A DNA stretch of 64,000 nt from the human T2T-CHM13v2.0 reference genome, Homo sapiens. Positions 40,112 through 51,960 of this stretch are shown here, in pieces. Within the stretch, counting starts at the first letter, position 1; the number at the start of each line of letters is the position of its first letter. Location of the stretch: the NCBI RefSeq assembly GCF_009914755.1, contig NC_060937.1; one strand, given 5' to 3'. The notes beneath the pieces are model-generated. The model saw only the letters and a list, made by a program, of their open reading frames with translations. It had not been told where the DNA came from and made no database searches. The translations under genes and the position numbers were made by a program.

Positions 40112-40682
40112 TGTGGTAAGCAGAATTGTAAGATAGTCCCCAAGATTCCGGCCCCTGCTGTGCGAACCCTGTATGATCTCCCCCTTGAGTCTGGGATGGA
40201 CCTGTGAAAATAATAGAACAGCCATCCACCTGGCTACTTAATTTTTGACAAAGATAAGGAATAGTCATTCCTGTGATGTTTTACATTATATAAGATTCCT
40301 TCATAGAAGCCTGGAGTGAGGTTGTCCTGCTGGCTTTTAAGACGTATGATGCCCCATTTTGGAAGAGCCACATGGATAGGACCCAAGAGTGTCTTTCCAA
40401 AGGAGACAGTGACATAAAACTTATGAGATAACTGGAACCGCCACTCTGCAACCATAGGAACTGAATTCTGTGACAAAAGCTTGGAAGAGGGTCTTGAGCC
40501 ACCGAAGAGGTCCGAGTTCCATCAGCATCTTGATTTCAGGATGTCCATTTGTTGAAATGCACAGCAGAACTTTTCTTTTACCCCTGCCCATATTCCTCAT
40601 TCAAGAATGTACATACTAATTTCTTGTTGTTTAGAGCTTCTATATTTAGGAATTTGTCATACAGCAATAGAAAATGAGTCTA
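40112..40682 (+). mobile_element. MaLR solo LTR, MLT1E/F-like
   Basis: tgtggtaagcagaattgtaagatagtccccaagattcc...ggaactgaattctg...tgtcatacagcaatagaaaa. Confidence 0.75.
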
Positions 40683-40801
40683 GCAATGTTCATCCCCTGT
40701 CTCACTTCTTCCCTTCCTCTTTTTCTTCTTTTCTTTCTTCCTCTAAAAAGTACATATAGTATCTAGAAAATTGACAGGCATAGGAAGAGGCTTTAGATGC
40801 T

Positions 40802-41183
40802 TGATTTGATTTGGATTTGTATCTAAGCCCAAATCTCATGTCAAATTGTAGTTCTCAGTGTTGGAAGAGAGGCCTGGTGGGAGGTGATTGGATCATGAGG
40901 GAAGATTTCCCCCTTGCTGCTTGTGCGATACTGAGTGAGTTCTTAGAAGATCTGATTGTTTAAAAGTGTGTAGCACCTCCCCTTTTCTTCTCCTCCTTCT
41001 GCTCCAGCCATGGAAGACATGCCTTCTTCCCCTTCCCCTTCTGCCATAATTGTAAGTTTCTTTAGTCCTCCCCAGCCGTGCTTCCTGCACTGCATGTGGA
41101 GCCATGAGCCAACTAAACCTCTTTTCTCTATAAGTTACCCAGTTTCAGGTATTTCTTTAAAAATGTGCAAACAGACTAATACA
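40802..41183 (+). mobile_element. MaLR solo LTR, MSTA-like
   Basis: ccaaatctcatgtcaaattgta...ggcctggtgggaggtgattggatcatg...aaaagtgtgtagcacctcccc...cagactaataca; flanked by (a)tgct duplication. Confidence 0.88.
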
Positions 41184-43019
41184 TGCTTAACTACTTTTTA
41201 TCAAGTAAATGCCACTCAGGGTGGACATCTTTTTGTGCAAGTCAAGGAAGCTTTTGATTTTTGCATTTTGATACTAATGTTTGCATTGGAAAATACATTG
41301 CAGATCTACTTAAATCCTTCATTTGTCCTTGCATTTGTATTCATATTCAAAAGTTGAAGGGACTCGAGCTACAAGAGAAGGGACAGGAAGACAGCGTGGA
41401 TATGTGAGTGTCACAGTGCCACCACATCCCCATACAAAGGAATTGCCATTGTCAAGTGGCAGCCACAGGAGGTGGACCCTGTGTCAGGAGAGGCTGGAAT
41501 AGAGGAAAAGAAGAGAAAAGACAAAAAGAACCAAACAAGTGAAAAACATGAAACATGAATTTGAAAGTTTCAGATTTATTGGTTAAATTATTTTTATGTC
41601 TACTACCTTGAAGGGTGGAGGTTTTCTAAGGCTATTGTGTCAATATTAGAAACCTCAGAGTGACATCTGCATCACAGAGATAAAATTACACAGAAGAAAT
41701 ATGCAACCAGGGAGCACTGAACTATTTTGTTTGGAGCTGGTTGAGCTTGAAATGGATTTTAGAAAATGTGGTCCTTACTTTGTAGTTAGACATATCTTAT
41801 ACATAGCTATTAAAAATAAACAAAGCCACATATTTGAATTGCTATATATGTTTTGTAATAAACATAAAATATTCCAACTGAATTGTGCATTCTTGACTTA
41901 CCCTTCACTATCCTTCCAATATATTTCATGAGTAAATGAGATAATTACTGAAAAGCACCCCTGAGAATATTTTCTGCAACAATTTTATGTTTTGGGCGTC
42001 CTGTGTTTTGCTATTGAGGCTCACACCTGCAGATGAAAACAGAAGTAAATTGCTGTCTTGACATTACTTCTGAATGTTTTGAGCAGCTTAGATCAAAGTT
42101 TGACATTCTGAGCTGTTTAATTCTCTCAAGGGAAAGAGTTTTCCCAGTTGAGAAGCTTCAAAAGTAAACCTCCACATCCCAAGTCTTTCTGAAAGAAGTT
42201 TAGAGTCTTGATAAGATTATTTTCAGATACCTTAGCACTTGTATGAAGATAACAAATAAATTGTTTAAATAAGGACCTCAGGCAAGGATTGTAGCCCAAA
42301 TCCTATATTGTGTTCTGTGTTTAGAAAACATTGAAAAAGCAGTTATCATACTGTAGAATGTCTGCTTTAACCAATAGAGCTATATTGATTCCTATGAATT
42401 GTGATTTTTTTAATGTAAATTTAAGTTTTCTTTCCACAGACACATTCTTATACAGCTTTTTCCCATTTCTTGTACAACAGTCTTACACAATTTTTTGTTG
42501 CTTCCTGATCTTTTATTTCCAGAGAGCATGTCGAATGCCACATCATATTTGTATATTCCTTTTGCATACGGTTATAGCTTTACAGATTAGAAAACTTCAC
42601 AGATTATAACTGTACAGATTAGAAAGCTAAAAGTCAGTGTAGTGAAATGACTCACCATCATATAAAAAGTATGGAAAGATAAGTATTAAATTATTAGTTT
42701 CATCTCAGTTAAAATGTAAAGTCAGTACTGCTCATGATTATATCTGTGAAGTAATTAGTCATTTTCAAAGTATTGGAGTACTAATTAATAGAAAAGAAAT
42801 TGGAAAACCATTTACACTTATAGAGATATCAGGAAATAAGCATTAAAGAGCCTAGATCGATGTGGAAAAGATCCAATTGCAAATTAATTAGTGAAGGCAT
42901 TTTTGGAGATTTTCTTGAAAATCTTCCTGACATTCTCACAGTTCTTGCTAAATACATTCACACACTATTGTTGATTTAGTGTAAAAATAATGATAGCCTG
43001 GGTGACAAGCTTAAGTAAT

Positions 43020-43212
43020 AATAATAGACAGTATTCTATGTTTTTTCATATTTTGTGCATTTATGAGTCTTCACAATTATCATATGAAATAGGTGATATT
43101 ATTATCTAAATTTAATAGTCAAGACAACTGAGGAAAAGAGAGCTTGGTAGTTTGCCTGTGATCTCACAGCCAGTAAAGGAGAGCAAGATTTCAACTAGAC
43201 AAGTTGACATCT
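43020..43212 (-). mobile_element. MIR SINE
   Basis: tcttcacaatt...atgaaataggtgatattattatc...aactgagg...ttgcctgtgatctcacagccagtaa. Confidence 0.7.
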
Positions 43213-43243
43213 GGCTTATTGATTGAAACACTAAATGTCTTTT

Positions 43244-43322
43244 GTAGATTAAGCCATAAGAAATTGCCAATATTCAATGATTTTCACCTATAAAAACAGT
43301 AATTTCCTATGGTTTAAATGAT
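43244..43322. mobile_element. MADE2 mariner-derived MITE (about 80 bp palindrome)
   Basis: agccataagaaattgccaatattcaatgattttcacctataaaaacagtaatttcctatggttt matches recalled MADE2 (aaccatatgaaattgcc...ggcaatttcatatggtt). Confidence 0.75.
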
Positions 43323-45856
43323 GATTATTACCATCATTTTTCTATGTTAAATGCAAAGTTGCTATTTAATCTATCTCTGTAGTGCAGCATTTAAACTTAA
43401 GGCTTAAAAAATAATGTATTGTCTATTTAGTTTATCATTAGTTTATTTAATTATAGTAAAGTTGTTATAGATCTTGGATTAGTCAGTTCAAGTGGTAAGT
43501 AAGCTGTTAATCATACTTATTATCTTTCTGTCAATCATGCAGCATTGTCTGTTGGTGGAGTATACTTAGGACCCCTAAGTGGAGTTTTCTTCTCTTGCTG
43601 TCTGTGCAAGTCAAATAAAGACCATGGCTTCTGCAGATGTAAAACTGAATATAATAGAAAGTCTCAGACTTAGAACTTCAAACTAGGGAGCTTCTTATTC
43701 TGAATTTAGAGGATTTGCTTTATTAAATCTGTATTCATAATGTCATCTTAAATGATTTGCCAATGCTTTTCAAGTAGAATTAAGACATTTTCAGAAGAAT
43801 TACCATCAAAAAACCTTCATTTATAAAAACAAAGAATCAGTCATTAGCCATTAATTTTTATCTATTATGGGCTGAGATTTTGATAGATTTTTCTTAAAAC
43901 CATATAATATAAGATATTTTCAGAAATCTGGAAGAGAAAGTGGTCTTCAAAATACTTAAAGTAAAACTTAACATTTACGTAATACTTTGCTATATCTAAT
44001 AGACAGCTTATACTAACTTTAAATGAAGTCATACCAACATCAAATTAAATGATATTTTGAAGTTTATGTTGTTTAATAAAATCTGTATCTTGGCCAGTTT
44101 TTGATTGCATGAAAGTAAATATAAATAATACTTTTATTTAAATAGTAAACGTGCTATACTTTTTTTTTTTAACATCACTGAACTTCAGGACCACAGCTTA
44201 GTGGTAGAGCTGATTAATGTGTCTGTCATGTGTGAATTGAAGCAGGAAAGTTAAGCAAACAACACTAGTGTGGGGTCCAAAACGTCATTGTGCAATTTTA
44301 ATATGTGCATTTAAGAAGGAATAACTGTTATTTCAATGACACAATTCAAGGACATCAGTCAGGGCTTGTACCATATTGTAAAAATCATATGCATTAAGTT
44401 TGGACCCCATCATTTAATGTTAGACAGGAAACAAACTTATAGTGACCCAATCAGCAATGAATGGAAAGAAAGAATTTGTATTAGTTCAGATAATGGCAAT
44501 AGAAAATGATGAAAGGGTCAAAGGATGGTGATTATTTATATGGAGAAGACAAAGCTAGGAAATTATTTAACATAATATGGTTTGCAACTGGATAAAATAT
44601 TTTAAAGGGATTTGTCAAACTGATGTTTATTTTTTTCAGTGAAGTTTTATTTTCATTCACCAAAAAGAGTTTTATGTGTGGAGATATGTAGAGTTTCCTA
44701 AATACTAAATTTGGCTTGCTATTTGGTACATATTTAGTCACTGATGGAGTAATGACAAAAAAACTTATTATTAAGACAAATTAAAAATAACCAATATTAC
44801 AAGGACTTTCAATAAAATATTAGCTTTTTAAAAAATATAAAAACAAATTTTACAATGTTGAAAGTTTCTTCCACATATTTAATAGTTATCAGTTAACTAA
44901 TGTTAATTATGAGTTAATATAATTTTATCTATTTTTAAACCAGTGCTATTAAATCAAAGCAAATGTGCCTCTAAACAGTACATTGTATTTTATATAACAA
45001 AACATGTCTTTCAAGCATCTCCAGCAAAACACAGTATTAACGTGATTATAAAAGTACAGTGTCAATTTATGAAAATTTATAGAAAATGCCAGAATGTTCT
45101 CAATATGCTTAAAATCAAATAAAAAGATAAGAATTATGACTGTAAAAGCTAATTAGAAATAGAAGAAAACAAAGAATTATAAAACAGATATGATTGTCTA
45201 AAATACTTACAGATAACATGTAGGTAATGACATTTCAAAATGCTTCCAATTTATATTATTATTATGTAATATGAAAAAATAAATCAGAAGAAGGGTAGTG
45301 AATTTTCTATGCCCAAGTGTGGTTGCTTACATTTATTTGCATTTTGTTGAAATACATTTGGTAAAATGGAAGTGAAAGAAGAGCATCTTTAAGGTATTTC
45401 CCCCAATAAATTATGTTTTATAAACAAATATTTAAGACTTATCTTTAGAATTATATTCCATTAAGGCCTTCATATAATAATAACCAATGACTCTTTTTGG
45501 TTAATAGTATGCTACTGCCACCTCAACACGTAGGACTTGATTGGTTGAATCCACTTCTTCAGAAGCTGGAGCCTCAGATCAAAACCAGTGGTTTATATCG
45601 AACTCCAGAAAAAGAGTACTGTGCACCTAAAGACAAAAGCCTGAACTTCAAGTACTTATTAATATTTAGTTGCCTAATATGTTTTCTGAAACCACTTTCT
45701 AAATAATATCCTGGAAACAAGTCAACAGAAATGTCAGAAAACTGAGCACAGTGCTTGCAAACTACACAGAAGACGGTTCTGCTGGGATCCCTGCCTCCCT
45801 CTCCTGTGAACCAAGCAGCCATCACAGCATCATGGAGCTGGTAAATGCTCACAGCT

Positions 45857-45912
45857 CAAAACTAAACACTGCAGACAAAACTAAACCACCAGACAAAACT
45901 AAACACTGCAGA
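45857..45912. repeat. Three-copy 18-19 bp tandem repeat
   Basis: caaaactaaacactgcaga / caaaactaaaccaccaga / caaaactaaacactgcaga. Confidence 0.9.
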
Positions 45913-46978
45913 GCTGGCTTCCAGTTCACAGCTTCTCCTTATCCTGCTCATTTCCCTTGTTTTCAAATCATTCTTCTTGTCTGCAATCCATTTTTACTAG
46001 ACATTATGAAAGCATTTTAGGATATTCTATTCTGGCAAGCCCATCCTCTCAATTACTCCAGATTTAAAGTGGGTTTTCCATTACATGCACGGTAGAAAGC
46101 CATAAACTAACGCCAAATATGAAAAAAATGAGAGAACCTTTCATGTAACAGTTAAAATTATTATTAAAATATTAAGGTACTCAATAAAAAGCAGTGCCTT
46201 TTGATGGTGTCTTTTATTTAAATTGTGAAGCATTTTCTCCTTCCTCATTACTACCTCCTTCTTGCTCACCAAATACTTGTGTCATGCTGCCCTTGTTATT
46301 AAGAATCCAACTCCCTTCCCACGTAGCAGCTGGACTCACTCTACAGCAAGGCTGTAGCCATTCTGTGTTGAGAAGATATTGTCCAGAGCTGTTTTATTCT
46401 CTATGACTCACTTATGAACATTCCAAACTACATCCTTTCAATACTGTGAATATCATCCTTATAGGATATAACCCACACTTGTTGGGTGTGGCGGGGTGTT
46501 AAAGCCATCCACGAGCAGAGATCGCCGGTAACACATCTTTAATAGCAGAAGAAAAGCCGTCAACTGACCTAAGGCTTCCATTTAACTTTCTAGCTGCCGT
46601 TTCATCGATCTCAATGGAATCTGTCAGAAGTTCTAAGGCAAGTGCTTCTGCTGGTCAGTTTCTAACAGTTCTAAGAAAATAAACTTCTCAGAGATTGAGC
46701 TCAATTAGTGATCACATCTAATTTACTCTTTGCTGTGGCAGGCCATGGCTATGCAGTATTGCTCTCTTCGACTGTACCATTCTTTAAAGGCATTCAGTCA
46801 GAGGGAAGAAATGGGCCAAGCTGTGTATTAAAACTCCTTCCAATAAAGTGCTATCATGAATGTTACAAAGAAACACACACACACACCCTTAGAGACACAC
46901 ACACCGAGACCTTTCCCCTAGATGTTAAAAACAAATGTTGTAAGGCAGTGGTCCCCACTGACCTGAAAAATCAAAATC

Positions 46979-47140
46979 AGCTGAAAGTTGATTTTGATAG
47001 ACACTGTCAGCTGATAAGAACGTCCATTTGCTTGAACAGTAGACAAGTTAGTGGCATGGAATTGAGTGGTTTCACACCTCCAGGGACTCTTGGCTATTTT
47101 GATCATCATTCATATTTGGAGAATTTTCTCTTTTATTAGA
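46979..47140 (+). repeat. About 160-bp dispersed direct repeat, copy 1
   Basis: About 90% identical by manual alignment to 48850-49013. Confidence 0.95.
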
Positions 47141-47152
47141 TTTTTTTATTCG

Positions 47153-47513
47153 TTTTTGGCATCAGGGAATAGTGTTCATGGAAGCTAATTTTTCCAGGGA
47201 CCTCAGGTTGGGGAATTGTTTCAGGATGAAACTGTCCCACTTCAGATCATCAGGCACTAGTTAGGGTCTCATAAGGAGCACACAACCTGGATCACTCACG
47301 TGCACAGTTCGCAGTAAGTTTCCTGCTCCTATGAGAATCTAATGCCGGTGCTGATCTGATAGGAGGCAGAGCTCAGGGTAAGCAATGGGGAGCACGTGTA
47401 AATACATATGAAGCCTCACTCACCGGCCTGTCACTCCCCTCCTGCTGCGTGGCCCGGTTCCTAACAGGCCACGGACCAATACTTTTTCACAGCCTGAGGG
47501 TTGGGGATCCCTG
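47153..47513 (-). mobile_element. MER1 (MER1A/B-type) hAT-Charlie DNA transposon, one terminal inverted repeat missing
   Basis: tttttggcatcaggg...ggatgaaactgt...cagatcatcaggca...ctcctatgagaatctaatgcc...ggcccggttcctaacaggccacggacc...gggttggggatccctg. Confidence 0.88.
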
Positions 47514-47977
47514 CGTAAGGCTAGATTAATAATTGTATTCTAACTGGCCAATGCTGTACTGATTTTTTGGGCTAAGATGTCCAGGGTGAAGTTATCCAGA
47601 AACCAAGTGTTATCTGGTTATGTCCAAACATAATAAAATATTGGTCGCCATCAAAAAAAAAATAAGTTTATATGGTTAGGAGCAGATATAATGGTGGATA
47701 TAGTATAATAATCTAGTGATTTTTAAAAATTGGCATGGTATCGACCGCTGGTATCTAGTTTCCTAATTTCTAAAAACAGCTTTAAAAACTGATATGATAT
47801 ATTTTGAGAAAAAGCATATTATAGTAGACAGAAAAAAGAAGAGAAACTAAATTTAAATAATATCATTTAAATAAACATGGTGAAGCTATTATTACCTATC
47901 TAGAGCTGCCAAAAAATGTAGTTCCAGATTCATCATCTCTCCATACAGCTGAACCTGGAACTTCGAGCTACCTGTTC

Positions 47978-48175
47978 TTTCTTTAATTTTCTTTCTTTCT
48001 TTTTTTTTTCTTTTTAAATTTTCTTTTTGGAGACAGGGTCTCCTTCTGTTGCCCAGACTGGAGTGCAGTGGCACCACCACAGCTCACTGTAGCCTCAAAC
48101 TTCTGGGCTCAAGCAATCGGTTTGCCTTGGCTTCCCAAAGTGCTGGAACTACAGGTGTGAGCTATCTCTCCCAGC
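47978..48175 (-). mobile_element. Alu monomer (FRAM/AluJ-like)
   Basis: gagacagggtctc...agctcactgtagcctc...ctgggctcaagcaatc...cccaaagtgctgg; decayed TSD gagctacctgttcttt (47965) / gagctacctattattt (48181). Confidence 0.85.
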
Positions 48176-48291
48176 TGGGTGAGCTACCTATTATTTTATA
48201 ATACTTACTTTTATCTCCAGAGTATATGGCACATCACCCCTTTTTTATACAAGTGCACTAGGGGTGCAATTTTATAATACTTACGTTGTTT

Positions 48292-48490
48292 TATATATAT
48301 ATATACACACATTTACATATACACACGTATATACATATATATACACATATATACATATATACACACATATGTACATATATACACATATATACACATATAC
48401 ACATATATACATATATACACATATATACATATATACACATATATATACACATATATACATATATACACATATATATACACATATATATAT
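48292..48490. repeat. Compound (TA)n/(TACA)n microsatellite, about 200 bp
   Basis: Units tatataca / tatatacaca. Confidence 0.97.
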
Positions 48491-48849
48491 CTCCAAAATA
48501 TGTTGCACATCACCCCAGTTTTACACAAGTGCTATTCATAAAGAAACTAATAAGTAGTTTCTTTATAAATAGCTGCTACTTTGCGGCTGCTCTCGAACAC
48601 TGCAACTTGAGGAACTTCTAATGAGAGCAAGGATGTTTGCCCTTACACTAAGTACGACAGAATTGCGGTGCTTTTCCTTGTGTTTCCCTCCATTGTTACA
48701 TTTTAATTCCCACAGAGACTATCAATGCATATAGAAGTGCTCACTGATGTTAGAAATGTTCAGGCTTTTAATTTCTGAAGCTTCTGCCTGCTCCTTTTCT
48801 TATCTTTGTTTACTTCTATTCATTTATTTTCACCCATGATTTTCCAACT

Positions 48850-49013
48850 AGCTGAAAGTTGATTTTGATAAACATCATCAGCTAATAAGAATGTCCATTT
48901 GCTTGAACTAGTACACAAATTAGTGATGTGAAGTTGAGTGGTTTCACACCTCCAGGGATTCTTGGCTATTTTGATCATCATTCATATTTGGAGATTTTTC
49001 TCTTTGTATTAGA
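48850..49013 (+). repeat. About 160-bp dispersed direct repeat, copy 2
   Basis: About 90% identical to 46979-47140. Confidence 0.95.
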
Positions 49014-50507
49014 ATTGAGCTATTCTGGAGGTTGTTAGTAGCTATCTATTTGCTTGATAAAACGTATTGTAGTAGAGCCACGCTGGTTAATATCAGCTGC
49101 GTTGAAGTTATTCAGGCGTTTGTGTTTTTGAAGGGGAGAAAAAAAAACAAAAGAAACAGCATTTATCTTCTGAGCACTGGTTCAAGGAACCTTCAGCATG
49201 GCACCATGGCAGACACCTAGCTAGCGAGTCAGCGAGGCTGGCAGATGGGCAGTCACACACATGCCTGTCTCCCTCTTCAATTCCCTTGGGAGAGAGTGGA
49301 GCACAAATCTGGCCGTGGCACAATTGGCTGTTCGTCCCTGGATGTCCTTCAAACAGATGCTGTGCTTGCTGGGACAGGGCTTCTTGCTACACAGTCTCCA
49401 GGAAAAATGTCACACAAGTGAAAAAGGGAAGGTTAATGATACGAAGGGGGTGGGGAGTATGTTCAAACTCCTAGAACACATTTTTGCTGAGACATGCAAT
49501 ATTAATTGATCTCTTTTCATTTAATTAATGGGTTTTCATGAAGTATACTAATAATATGGGAATTATATATAATACTCAAGGTGCATAATGTAATATATGT
49601 GTAATAATACAACATAATTCACTTATATAGTATCATTTGTTTTCTATCTCATGGAGATGAAAAATATACACTATTATTTTAATCTGAAAAGTATACACTA
49701 TTGTTTATGTAATAGTATATGTTCTCTACCAATCCATTGCAAATCAGCCTTTGAATTTTACTCATTCCTTTTCCATCATGAATTACTGTCATCCAGTATT
49801 ATCCTACTACAGTTTCAAGTGTTTTAAATAGTAGATAGACTAGAAAAAAGCCCCACTTTAGAGAAACTTGATGAAGTAGAAAAGGTCGAGTTTAACAAAA
49901 ATATTCTAGATCATATTGGACCTAGGAAAATGCATCAATGCTAAAGACACCTGAAATGTGGCAGTCATAGCAGGGTCAGTGTAACCAGGAGACATTTTAA
50001 AAAATGAGTCCTTTTTTTTTTTTTTGCGTAAAAGCACATTTTAGGAATTGGTAGGAATGGATAGGAATAAAGGTTGAGTCTTTTTGAAATGTGAAGTGTA
50101 CATTGATTTAGTAGGGGGAGAAGTGCTTCAATTGTTTCTCTTTTAGTTTGTTCTCATATTAAATGGAGTTAAGAAAATCTAATTTTGAAAAAAATTGGCA
50201 AGTTTTTATGGCCTTTCTTCAGAGAAACTTAATAATTGATGTCACAATGATGACTACATGCCACAGAAAATGCGGGAAAACAGCAAATAAATGAGAAAAT
50301 ATGTGATAATTTTTGGGATGGGCAATGGTAGTGATGGTAGGGATATTTTAAAGGGCACAGGAAATGGGGAGAAATTAGCAGCTGACAAAATTGTGGAGAA
50401 GAAACCTCTGATAAGCCACAGTCTCTCTGAGCTGGATTTCTCTTTCTCTCCCCCTTTTACCATTCACCTTGAGCTTTTTATTTTCCAGTTTAAATAATTC
50501 CTTTATT

Positions 50508-50509
<2 letters not shown>

Positions 50510-50549
<40 letters not shown>

Positions 50550-50575
50550 CATATTTCCAAAGAATTCCTTCATTG

Positions 50576-50611
<36 letters not shown>
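50510..50611. repeat. Twin (TG)n microsatellites (50510-50546 and 50578-50611)
   Basis: Two perfect TG runs separated by 31 bp. Confidence 0.97.
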
Positions 50612-50614
<3 letters not shown>

Positions 50615-51677
50615 AAATATCTCACATAGCAGAGCCTATTTTTTTTTATATTAGACATTTTGATAGTAGCAAAAAGTTCATAATAATAAATGATTATATA
50701 AGATTCATTAAGAAATGAAAGCATCAACAAACCTAATAGTTTAACTACTCTTGAGGCTCAATGCTGATGGCTATCAAGAAAATATGTTTATACTTTTGTT
50801 TTTATGCTATCCAGTAGGTTCCAGAATCATTAATATATTATGTAAAACCGTTACTTGTTAAACTTAAATATAGATGAACACATTTTTTATTATTTTAAAA
50901 GCATAGTTTATAGTGTTTTTATAGTAGCAGTAAATAATAGCACTTATGGAGCTATTTTAATTAATATTGTAAAAATATCAATATTTTATAAGGGGTGAAA
51001 ATTTTTCTCTTTATATTTTCTTATCACTTTCAAAAAGGTAAAGTAAATAAAAATGATACATTTTTGACAAAAAGTATAATATTTTTATTTTTAATTATCA
51101 ACACCAGATAAATCTGCATGGATTTGAAAACAGCATACTATTTATAGACATATATAAATAGTATATAAATACACACTGTATTCATATGTGCCCATGAATT
51201 TATATACAAACTTTTTAGGTTAGGTTATTTAAAATTCTGGTAAATAATTCAGCATCTTAATACAGATGTCACCATTCTTTAAGAATTGAGGGATCTGAGG
51301 TTGATCATTCATATTGCTAAGAAATTGGAAATTGAAGGCCAATCCTCCCAACTTCCACTTAGTCCCCATATTTATTACCAGTATGAGGAAGGCCCATTCA
51401 GTTGAAGATCGCATAGGTAGGAAAGGCATGCAGCAGGGATCCTTCAGCAAGCCTGACACCAAAGTTTATGATTTTCCACAAATACGGGGCTCACGTATTT
51501 ATTAAAATAGTTTTATCCAACATTTTGCAAAGTAAGCATCCTTTTTAAAAGGCTAATTTTAAAGACTACTTGATATTCTAAATTATAATAGTGATGATAT
51601 ATTCATTTAAATACTCTGCCTACATCTTTTCCTAAAAATCCTAGTAACAGATAGTTTAAGTTTGAAGAAAGAAAGCC

Positions 51678-51960
51678 AGCTGTGCATGGTGGCCGAAGCC
51701 TGTAATCCCAGCACTATGGGAGGCCTAGATGGGAAGATCACTCTAAGTCAGGAGTTTGAGACCAGCCTGGACAACATGGCGAAAACCTGTCTCTACTAAA
51801 AATATAAAAATTAGCTGGGCATGGTGGCACATGCCTGTAATCCCAGCTACTTTGGAGGTTAAGACATGAGAATCCCTTGAACCTTGGAGGCAGAAGCTGC
51901 ATTGAGGCAAAAGTATGCCACTGCACAGAGCAAGACCCTTTCTAAAAAGTAAATAAATAA
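51678..51960 (+). mobile_element. Old Alu (AluJ/early S), small right-arm deletion
   Basis: Diverged dimeric Alu; ccactgcac joined to agagcaagac (tccagcctgggcgac missing). Confidence 0.9.

Noticed and set aside
45857-45912. Repeated units considered as CRISPR-like
   Set aside because: No spacers, three adjacent copies, eukaryotic context, no cas genes
48264-48621. Y/I/H/T-rich and C/V-rich ORFs (also 9551, 50503)
   Set aside because: Microsatellite translations
49192-49218. ttcagcatggcaccatggcagacacc resembling a REST/NRSE site (also tttagcaccacg at 63484)
   Set aside because: Lacks the GGACAG half-site with correct spacing
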